A DNA stretch of 64,000 nucleotides. Origin: Owenia fusiformis (taxonomy: Eukaryota). The first letter of the stretch is position 1. Each line of letters begins with the position of its first letter. Positions 28,001 through 40,000 of the stretch are shown here, in pieces. Both the position numbers and the translations under genes were made by a program. The notes below the pieces were generated by a model, which saw only the letters and a list, made by a program, of their open reading frames with translations, was not told the origin of the DNA and ran no database searches. The stretch spans positions 36,456,001 through 36,520,000 of the forward strand of contig CAIIXF020000001.1 in the NCBI GenBank assembly GCA_903813345.2. The letters run 5' to 3'.

Positions 28001-31000
28001 AACCCATCTATAGTCATCACAAGGTGGCATATTGCATAATCTCACGAGATCTCCGTCAGGACAACCTTTACCTCCCCATTGGGCACTTCGAATGGTATGC
28101 CTTTCTCTATGTTGAAAAGGAATTGATTTTCCATCTATACAAAGAAAGAGTTGAATTCAAACATGACTGTTATTGTCGATTCTATTCTTGATGATGATAT
28201 TAACAGCTGGATAAAATGAGTTCGTCTGTGTATGTAAGTATTAAGATCAAATCTTGAAATTGATTTATCTACAGATAAGGTCATGTTTGATTTTTACCGT
28301 ATACACAACCAGATGGACATGGAATCCATTCACTGAATTCCGAAGTCAGACAATTTACGGGACATCGAACTTTGCAGTTTTCCTCTAGAGTCTCGCCATG
28401 ATGTTTGTAACACCTGATAAATGAAAACGGCAAATATTTCAATACCATATCTAAATCTTTATGTCAAATCAATACACACAGAGTTTCCCAAAACATTGTG
28501 CGAGAGAAACACGAAATAACTCTTTAAGTGATGAAGGAATATTCTTGAAATTTAGTCATCCGACAGAAAATTAACTATTGTAAACATCTCAAAGTTCACC
28601 AAATAACTTTGTTAAGTTTTAGGGGAAAAAGTGGTCTGTGCCATCATCCATATTTCAATGTTTTCATAATTATCATCATGATCATAAATACCAGGTAACT
28701 CTGTTTAATGTTAGAGAAAAACTTCTTTAAGTACCATCACCTATTTAGGACTATTTACTATGTTTGTAATTGAATTCAATTCTGAATCGATCATGATGGA
28801 GGTGACCAAGGCGTGCCATCTAAAATGTCAAAGGAAGGGGTGCGTTAATTGGCAAATACCCCCATGGTCAAAATGAATCATTCTTGGGTGTAGCATGAAG
28901 AATAGAATGTCATATAATTCTTTGAAAATATTAAAGTGGTTGGGCACACATAGGCTGAGATGGGGTCATTTAGTTCAGTAAGGTTGTATTGACTTACGTA
29001 GGGCTGAGCATCATTGACTTAACACGAGAATATCAGCATATCCCAGGTCATTGGCTTCCATTGATTATCACAAAAATACCAAAAAACACAATGACCTGAA
29101 TTGATTGCAAACTTAATAATTTCACAATATGACACAAATGGTTTATCTCATCAAATGTGCAAATATGTTTGCAATCGATTCAGGTGATACTTTAAATTAA
29201 AACGTTTTTCATCATTTTTTCCCTTCAAAATTGCTATAGAAAAATGCACCAAAAACAACTTTTACACTTTTCAAATACTAGTATCATACAATTTTGTAAA
29301 ACCAAAGATTATACTACAAGTATTATATTTTACTATTAAGTAATATATTTGGATAAGATGAATGGATGCGTAGGATGCAAAGGATTTTGATAGACACAAA
29401 AATACTTCCTGGTTTGGAATCCATGCCTCTACACTCCATGATTGAATTATGACCCTCATAAGTGGCCTACATATCAATACGGTGCTGAGTATAGGTCAAC
29501 AAGATACTAGTGTGTATATAAATGTAATAATAAAAGCAGTATACTCATTTTGAAAAATCAGATGAATTAATTATTTTTCATGGAGAGATCATAATGGAGA
29601 GTGTACTACTTCCTTTCTCAGGAAGAAATTTGCAAATTCTTATGGATTTTCAACTGCTAATATTGATGTAAAAAGGGGGAAATAGTTATTCCCGTCTCAT
29701 TCGGGTACAATTTTTGGGACACTCTGTATATGTATCGAACCTGTTGGTTTACGCCTATTAAGATCATAATATCTTAATCATATGAACCATATTTAACATA
29801 TGTATATATGGGATGATCAATAAATAAGGTAAAAGTATCTGGTATTTTGAAAATATTGGTCCAAACATCCGGAAAGGAGGAGGGAAAGTATCGTAACAGA
29901 TTTCGGACAGTCATATGTTGGATTGCTGCTATTTTCTAAGAATTTAAACAGGTGCATATGTTAGGCCAATACATTATCTCCAGGAAAAGGACTCTTTTCA
30001 ATTTTTGTTTCATCAGTATGTTGCGTTTTAAGACACAGATGACCACTTAAAAGGAATAACTGATTCCTCTTCGATAAAGTGGAAAACAATATTTCCAATG
30101 TTATTTTCCTATAGGGAAATCTCATGCGATCCATTGCTTTCAGCGAATTTTGGTCACCCATAATGGATATCTTTAAAACCCCTAGAGGAATTACTTATTC
30201 CTTTAAAGGACTTCATTGTGTGTCAAAAAGGAACACATTGATACATCAAAAATTGGAAAAGCAGGGGTGGAAGGGATTGAAAATCAGGACATTTAAAAAA
30301 ACACGTGGGTGGGTTGTTTGCATTTTCCCTGTCTCAAAGTCGAAATTATTTTATTATCTCTGAGTGCTTTTTCTGTAAGTAATACATTGGCCTAACATAT
30401 CATATGCACCTGTTTAAATCCTCAGAAAATAACCAAAATCCAACATATGACTGTCCGAAATCTGTTGCGATATTTTCCTTCCTCCTTTGGTCAGAACATA
30501 CATTTCACATTTCTAAATCAAAACATATAAATATGTACTTGTACCATCTGATTGGTCAATATAATAGCTACCATGACAACTGGAGTCAGGGGTACACAGG
30601 GCAATTTTATTATGTCCAATTTTAACCAAAATGAGGCCCGGGAAACGATACACCATGCACTAAGATAATGTTCCATCTCAGACTCCTATATTCCCATCGA
30701 TCGTAGAAACCATCGAGACGCTTTGTTTCCAACTGTAAAGTCATACACCACATGCTCCTGACTTACTTTAGACTCCAGGGATTTTTACCTGTACATATAT
30801 TGTGAGTTGAAGAGGTAGTTGAGAGGTGTTCAAATTCTCATGGGAAGACCTTAAGTCAGGTTGGAAGTCTTGGACAAGTTGCAGGCTATGGGAAAATTGG
30901 TTTAAAAAGGTGTTCAAAAAATGGGTTAGATGACATAAAGTATAGGTTAGCAACAAAGGACATAATGTAGAATAAATATGAAATATAAAAAAAAAGTTAT

Positions 31001-34000
31001 TTCAATTGTAATGAAAAATAAGCGAAAGTGCTTCGAAAGAAATTTAGTTTTTTATAGTTTCCACGGGTCTTCATGCTCTCTGTTGCTATGACAACCATAA
31101 CATCAATCAATCATATTGCTTTGATCCATAACTTGGCATATCAATTCAGTTTGAAGCATACTCTGTACAAATTTTATGAGAATTGGGTTACATCAGAAGG
31201 AATGCCACATACTTTTACCTTATTTATTGATCACCCTGTACATATGTTCATATTCAGTATTATATGTAATGGGAAAATGTGCTTAAAATGCAGTTTATTG
31301 TGTTATTAATTTATATATGTATACATAATTTTATATCTTACCTATGGTCAGGTACTTCTTTTGCATTCGTTAAATCATAACAAGTCACATTTCTGAGTCG
31401 TATTCCCTTTCCACATGTGCCCTTTTGTGGTATACAATCTGTCCAATCTGACGTTTTCCAAGTAAACACATGGCACTCGTCTTTTGGTTTGCATTCTACG
31501 TTTCGCATCACACTATTCCAACATTTTTGATTTTCTGGAAGCAATTTGTTGATATGACAACATACTAAAATGTTGTTTATTTTAATTCTATTTATCTGAA
31601 ACTGTACGATGCAATTGATGTATTTAGTGCAATAAGTTCAAATCGCCTGTGTGTACAATAACCATTGATTTTGATAACGATCGAAATAGCCAAGTAAATA
31701 TTGTTGAACAATACACAAATCTTAAATGTTACTGGCATGGGTTGGCCAAAAATGATCCCATATTGGAATAAATGAAGTTGGCGCAAGTTAGATTTAATGG
31801 AAAGTATTGTAATATGTATAAAGCATTAATCTATTTTGGAACAAATAATGTTAAAGAATTATACATAAGCTATAAAGCGGAACACATCATACTTCACGCC
31901 ATCTCTGTAAGATATGAGTATGTAATCAACTTTAAATGGTCAATATTATAAGCTAGTATTTTAAATCAAATTATCTTCTTTTGATAATTAATAAAACTAC
32001 CTTATGAACAAAAACTTAATCTGTTTATGATTCATTCTTTGTGCATCATTAAGAATCGCCAAATAGTCGCCGTGCATGCAAAATGGTTGAAATCGAAGAA
32101 AAGCATCATATTTGACAATAAGTATTCTTTTGTTTACTTTGTTTTGCTAGGACTGATCTGAAGCGAGATCGTGTGCCATGTACGTTATGTACAGAGCAGA
32201 CACTATTACACATGGTCCATCCCGACCATTTGGACATCAAACAGTCATCTTTACACACCCTGCAGCTGGTACGTTCCAGGGGCTTCTCGCCATAATGACA
32301 ATAGCTTTCATTTACTTGATTCTGAAAATAATTTCTCAGTGTACTCATGTAATACAAGGGTGTTAAAAAAAACGCAACCCAAAGAAATTGCTATATCTTG
32401 AAAAATACTGGTTCAATTATGTTCATATTTTCAGGAAATAAAGACGAGACTGTGTATGTATAGGTCCTGTCAATGGTTAGTTGTAAAACATGATGCCTTC
32501 GACACCTGCTCAAAAGACAGTTGTACTAGCAAAATGCGAAAAACGCAGTCAGGGGTGACTGCAACCGCAAAAAATTAAATAACTTTCTAACCATAGTGCT
32601 TTGGCTCTAAAAATTTGGCACAAACCATCTTCATTCACAGTATGATAAATCTGTAGAGTGAAATCAAAATCACTTCAGGGACTTCACTTTTATGGTTGAA
32701 ATGCTTTCAAATTGCAGTCAAACGCCCTGGTTCAGGGAGACTTAAGAAGGCAATTTGACCATGACTATAGAGTCCCTGGAGTGATTTTGATGAAACTTCA
32801 CAAATTCATCACACATTGAATGAGGATAATTTGTGCCAAATCTTAAGTGCCAAAAGTGTCCAAGGCATCATGTTTTACAACTTACTGACAACATGAGCTA
32901 TACACATACACAGTCTCTTCTTTCTTTTTCTGAAAAATTAAACATAATTGAATTAGTATTTTCCAAGATATAGTTATTTTCCATTCGCGTTTTTCGTATT
33001 TTGCTGGTACAACTGTCTTTTAAGCAAGTGTCCAAGACATCATGTTTTACAACTAACTAACAGCAGGGGCTATACATACACAGTCTCTTCTTTCTTTCCT
33101 GAAAATATGAACATAATTGGTTTAGTATTTTCCAAGATATCGCGATTTCTTTGGGTTGCGTTTTTTTGAACACCCTGTATTACAGGTGAAATAATCAGTA
33201 GTATAGTTATAGTACGTTGAACACAGTTTATCAGAATTTAATTCATTATAAATATATTTCGTCTGTTCACTGGTACACAGAAGGATGATTCAAAATGGTG
33301 AATAAAATGTGTTCAATATAAATCAACGATAAATTTTTAATTTCAACTAAAGCCATATAGAACATATGAGAAATTACTTAGGCTACTACGCTGGGATATC
33401 AACTCCCCGGGTAATATGGTGTACAATTACAAGGGTTTAAATAATCCGACCTGTGTAAGACCTTCACTGGACTGGAATTTTAACAGAAGAAAACTGCTCT
33501 GATTTCTCAAACTTAGTTTGATTCTCCGTTTATAAGTCATGTGATCTATATTCAGAAAGAGGCTTTGACCTCTCAATGTAAACAAATGGAGGGGTTGTAC
33601 ACACTTTTTGATGATGTCACCAAAGTCAGTTCACACTCACATTTCCAGGAAGAAAAACGTATTGCCTTAAAATGAGAAATCTTCGATATCCTACAATAAT
33701 ACTAGTTTGCCCTAGAATCAAGGCAAAATAATCTTCGATATCCTACAGTAATAATAGTTTGCCGGCCTAGAATCAAGGCAATATAGTGATCTTGATGATT
33801 ATAGTTCTTTAGACAAAACTGCCTTACATTTGTTCTATATGGCTTTAAACCACATTTTGATTCACAATTTTTTCAGTTATTCCCACAGTTTTTCCAACCT
33901 GGGAATTCGAAGATGGTTAAACCAAGTGAAATATGGATTAGTTAGTATCAGTCTGCTGTGGACCATTGCTCAGACCTCCTCGACTTCCACGCGGTCATCA

Positions 34001-37000
34001 GTTCCGACCTCGCTACCTTCGTTCCTTCCACGTCCACCCGAAACACGGTTCTGTCAACGCGAATATTAATTCTTTAGTCACGTTCCTCTTTCCAGAACTC
34101 ATTTCCCTATTCGGGCATCGAGTTCCCACATTATGAACCACACAGCTGTGCATGGTTCGCGTCGTGAGAACGTTGTTTGTGTGCAAGGGACTTGGTCAGC
34201 GAGGTCAGAACTGGTGAATGAAAGTCTAAAGAGACCTGGCTGCTTTGAAGATATAAAATGAGGTAATTCTAATATTGGAGCATTTGTTTTACCATGTTAT
34301 GGTCAGAACAGAAGACCTTTCTCCATTTTAGTCCATGTTGGCAAACTACAGAACCCGTGGTTTTGTTAAAAGGTGGATCAACAATACAATCGCCAAATTC
34401 ATCATACGCCCATGAAAAGCACAACGGATACTGACATCGAGAGCTTTCCATTAGATGAGGACATTTCCTCCCATGAGTTGATGGTTGAATAGCAATCGTT
34501 CTTCTTCTTATCCTATGGCCTATAAGAAAGAATGTGTCTTATATTCGCCATGTGTAGCTTATAATTAAAATGTAAATATAATCTGATAATGGCGTACATG
34601 CTGTAGTATCTATGACTAGCAGTCTATAGCATCCATTAGGCCAAATGGATAATGAATCTACGATTATCGCGACATGTTCTTTGTGTTTCTTTCTAAGTGC
34701 ACCAACAAAATGACCTATGAAAAGGTATTCGAGGAGTACCAATACCAAAAATGTGTACATTACTGATAGATGTTTGATATAATTTAAAGTTTCAATAAAA
34801 TAGCATTACCTGTTATAGTTTCTGTATTTTGCATAACACATATCCCATCTAGGCATTCAGACGACCATCTTCCCCATGAGTGTAATTTGCAGTCTTGATG
34901 GCAATCTTTTGTACATCTTCTATATAGTTCAGGTTTTTGTGTATTGCACAACGTGTCACTTACTTTAGTTCTTACAGAGCAGTATCCACCACGCATTGTG
35001 GATTTGTCGTAGCAATCAATCGATTTTGCTTAAACAACAATAGATACAATATATGATGTACAATCGATGTGACCTCTAGTTACACCAAAATAGTTTTCAC
35101 TACGTTCTCGAAACGTGTTGTCGAACTGAAACATTTTTTCTGACGAGATGCATTTAGACCGAGGTACAGGTAATTACTTAAAACGCGGATCCAACTCCTG
35201 GGCGCATGTATTAGGATGCAAAGATGTGAACTTTTAATTCAGGCATTTTCAAAAAGCCTTACATTGGCCATATTCCTTTACATTCTTGGACTTAGAATAT
35301 TTCACGATGCAAAGATGTGAACTTTTAATTCAGGCATTTTCAAAAAGCCTTACATTGGCCATATTCCTTTACATTCTTAGACTTATATTATTTTACGATG
35401 TTAACGTGATAACTTTTAAGACATGTGTTTTCAAAAAGCTTTACATTGGCCATATTCCTTTACATTCTTGGACTTTGATTATTTTACGATGTAAACTTGA
35501 AAACTTTTAAGGCATGTGTTTTCAAAAAGCTTTACATTGGCCATATTCCTTTACATTCTTGGACTTAGAATATATCACGAAGCAAAGTTGTGAACTTTTA
35601 ATGCAGGCATTTTGAAAAAGCTGTACAATGGCCATATTCCATTACATTCTTGGACTTAGATTATTTCACGATGCAAAGTTGTGAACTTTTAATGCAGGCA
35701 TTTTCAAAAAGCTTCACATTGGCCATATTCCTTTACGTTCTTGGACTTTGATATTTTACGATGTAAACTTGAAAACTTTTAAGGCATGTGTTTTCAAAAA
35801 GCTTTACATTGGCCATATTCCTTTACATTCTTGGACTTAGAATATATCACGAAGCAAAGTTGTGAACTTTTAATGCAGGCATTTTGAAAAGCTTTACAAT
35901 GGCCATATTCCATTACACATTCTTGGACTTAGATTATTTTACGATGTAAACTTGTAAACTTTTATATAGCAAGCATTTTCAAAAAGCTTTACATTGGCCA
36001 TATTCCTTTACAATCTTGGACTTAGATTATTTTACGAAGTTAGTGGGGTATTTTAAATTTCACAACTCGTCATTGTAAAGAAAAAAAGCTTTACTTTAAA
36101 ATGACATAATTTTTTCCCCTAAATCTTGACATATATAACATACCGGTGACAAACTTTTTTTAGACCCGTTGTCAAGAATGATTGGCTCCCGCTCACTACT
36201 TGCCGCAATCAACCTCACTTAACGCATACCACATCTTGGATAATCAAGGTATGAAGTTTTCATAAGCAATCATACTGGCAAGCGAGTTAGTATGCGCATA
36301 CCAAACGAGGCCCGTTTTTCACCAAACCTGGTCCAACTAACACTAGGTAGATGTTCTTTAAAAATCAAGTTGTCTTGGTTACTAGGAATTTTAGTTACTG
36401 TAGTTATCATGATTGTGAAAGCGGGGGCAAAAATGAGAGCAAAAATACCCAAACCAGAAATCTATAATATTGGCACTAATTTAAAAAAACATATATATAG
36501 GGTGTCTCAAAAAAATGTACCCAAAAGTATATCAACACCATAGACAAACCAATCAATATTTTCAGACATTTTTTGCATGGTCTTGAAGATAAAAGATGAA
36601 AGTTTTTTCCCCTATACACAGTTTTTAATTCAGTTTTGCCTTTTTGATACTTTGACCCGTTACCTTTTACACCACATATTCTTTGTAACCTCATATTTCG
36701 ATGATAGTCTGAATCCTTGCAACTACATTGTTCATCACATTTGATATTTCTGGTAGAATGTTTTGATTTCTGTTCGGATGCTGGTCTTAAGTTGTTCAAG
36801 GTCTCTTAACTTGGGTTTAGCATAAAAATGGTCCTTTAAATAGCCTCAGAGAAAAAAGTATGGGCCGTCAAATATGGTGAATAGGGAGGCCCTCACAATG
36901 CCTTATAGACCCCTTATACAAAGAAGTCAGAGGTTCAAGAAACTGCATTGGTAGGGATTCTATTGTAGCTTCTGTAGTGTGTATCAATTTGAGACCATTG

Positions 37001-40000
37001 TGTTTTCATTTGGATATCATTTGGTCTCCAGGCTAGCTTACCTAACTCTGGAGGGTAACTCCTGAATCATTTGCCGATAATTGACCCGATCCTCTGTGTT
37101 TGTTCTGACATCGTCATCCTCAAACATCTTTCTCTGTGGCTATTTGAAGGAGTGTTTTAATGCTCATTCCAAGCAAAAAGACCTAGAACAACTTAAGGGC
37201 AACATCCAAAGAGAAATCCAAAACATTCCACCGAAATTATTATCAAATGTGATGAACAATGTAGCAGTAAGGATACAGGCTGTCATCGAAATATGACGTT
37301 ACATCGATTATGTGGTGTAAAAGGTAAAGGGTTAAAGCATCAAAAAGACAAGACTGAAATCAAAATGGTGTATTGGGGAGAAAACTTTCATGTTTTAGCT
37401 TAATGACCATGCAAAAAATGTCTGAAAATATTGATTGGTTTATCTGTGCTCTTGATATACTTTTGGGTACATTTTTTGAGACACCCTGTATATTATAATA
37501 TTTCGCAAACAATATATCATCTAGAACACAGCCAGCCAATACAAAAGAGGGTACATCAATCACTTAGATATTTTGCTAAGCGGTCAAAGTATAACTACGA
37601 AAAAGCATTGACTAATTTCCACTTTAAGAGTCACACGTTATCGCCTAGATGGCTGAATTTTATCAAAGTACTAGGAACTTATTAATCATTTCTAAACGTA
37701 GAATTACAGAGCTAAATCTGCTTCTCGTACAACGTTTGATATTTCTTCTTTAACATGGAACAAAAAAATATGTAATATATTACACGGGTACATCCATTTC
37801 CATGTCATAATAAAAAGGCCATTTTTGCATTAATTAATGATGGAATAATCTATGATACGTCGCGGATTTAGCCGAGTGGTCTATGGTCCTAGCACATCAT
37901 ACAAGATAGACAACACACAAGTGACACTGAAAGCACATCATACAAGATAGACAACACACGTGACACTGAAAGCACATCATACAAGATAGACAACACACGT
38001 GACACTGAAAGCACATCATACAAGATAGACAACACACAAGTGACACTGAAAGCACATCATACAAGATAGACAACACACGTGACACTGAAAGCACATCATA
38101 CAAGATAGACAACACACGTGACACTGAAAGCACATCATACAAGATAGACAACACACAAGTGACACTGAAAGCGCGATTGTGGGTTTTGAACCTAACGCCA
38201 GAAGCGTAATTGTATTCTGAGCGAATGAATTAAAAGGGCACTCACCTTTAACTTCTGTACATATGACACTGCGATATTGTATCCCTTCTCCACATAGTTT
38301 TTCTAATTTTAGATGCGTATGATCTTGTAAACTGCATTGACCCCAGTCCGAAATCAGCCATTCATATCTAAAAAGAAGAAATTTACCAACCGCAAATGAT
38401 AAATTATCTTGAAACTCAAGTATGCCTCTTGTGTTTTCTCATTTACAGAGAATTTCAAAATTTTGGATGTCCCTAAAAATGCACCAAATGAGACTGGAAA
38501 AACTCTTTATTCCGTCATCAAAAACTTGTATGACATGACACGCAACTAGTATAAGTAATGTATAAAACCATTCCTCCCCTCACAATTCATGAATATGTAG
38601 ATGATTACATTGCCTACCTACCTACTACATGGAATTTGTGTTTGTATGTATACAAAACCATTTATTCTGTCATCGATTTGACTCCTTTGAGACAACGGTG
38701 GGCACTGGCGTCCGTCAGCAACAGGAAGACTGACTATTTTACGCGTTCGTTTCATATATCCATGTTGAGTGGTATTTTTCTCCGGATGTTGACACGTTTC
38801 GTTGATTATTCTCCATTGTGACCATGGGGAAACTTTACAGTCTTTTGGCATCATGCAGAGTCTTGAATGGGAAGGTAAGCGTCCCTTTTCTTGAGTTTTG
38901 CAGTACCTATCGTATACAATTGAACGGACATGCTATTGTACAATTACTGTATCATTAAGGTTGGAAAGTAACATTTTGGTAAAAATTGCTATACCTGTTA
39001 TTTTCTGGTACAAAATTTAGTATGGAGGCATATGTCAATTTCCTTGCTTTTTTCAGGAAAGTATCATCACATTGTCTACTTTTAGTAAACCTGGAAACAG
39101 GTCAATGGTAGCTCCGTGTTGTCTGGAAACTTTGAAAGAAAATTTGGAAAAATAGAATGTGTGAAATATCAGAATTGCCTTGAGTTCCCATTGACTTCTT
39201 ACCAGATATACTAAAAGAAGACAATGTAATGATACTTTCCTGAAAAAAGCAAGAAAAACACATGCCTTCATACGTTATAGTGTACAAGAAAATAACATGT
39301 GCAGGTATAGCAATTTTTACCAAAATGTTATTTTCCAGCTGTACCTTAATCTCAAATAATTTCCGTTGTGCAGGCGCATTATGGCATAGATTAATTGTCC
39401 AATACTTTGTCCTATATTACATTGGAAAGTCCATAACATGTCACAAGATCTCTGACTAAACTGCAGTAATAATGCTAAAATCGCATTGATATTGAATCAT
39501 TTTCCATAGATGCTCCACAGAAATACACAGACTTCTGGTGGTACTTGTAAGACCAAACTTCGGCTGAATCGGAAGACTGCAACTGGCCCATCACTGATGA
39601 ATATGTAGACAAAAATACCAAATGGGAAAAGACCAAACATATTGCAAAACACACTTATGAAATGAAAGCATAAAAACGTAAGCAGGCGACATAGGGAAAA
39701 CAATTCCCCAATATCTCAAACTAAAAATGACACATAAAAGAAACAATGTCTAACATTCTCCTCTTTTCAAGAAACCTCCCACAGCTTTTGGAACATCAAT
39801 AGGTTCAAATATTTTGAATCAACATGATTGGAGGATTGGTATTCTTGGAATAAGATTTGTATTAAGGACATGTTGATTACATAAATAGGTTAAAAGATTA
39901 AAAAGCCATTTACCCTTAAAATAACACCTCACCTTTCAAATCTAGTGATATAAGATGACTTCATAATAAGAGAAATCAAATACCTACTTGATGGACACTG

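Noticed and set aside
30590..30960. Exon-like composition in a THSD7 intron
   Set aside because: Exons 8 and 9 already join in phase (PDHR-CYKH), and I found no convincing TSP1 frame with splice sites.
33890..34250. Purine/pyrimidine-skewed GC-richer intronic stretch
   Set aside because: Possibly a TE fragment, but no termini or motif could be identified with confidence.
35213..36040. Conserved cores with variable intervals resembling CRISPR
   Set aside because: The intervals are homologous variants of one ~91-bp monomer, not unique spacers.
37891..38172. Regularly spaced ~40-bp repeats resembling a CRISPR array; Cys-rich ORF 37897..38154
   Set aside because: Units are contiguous with no unique spacers, there are no cas genes and the context is a eukaryotic intron; the ORF is a repeat artefact.
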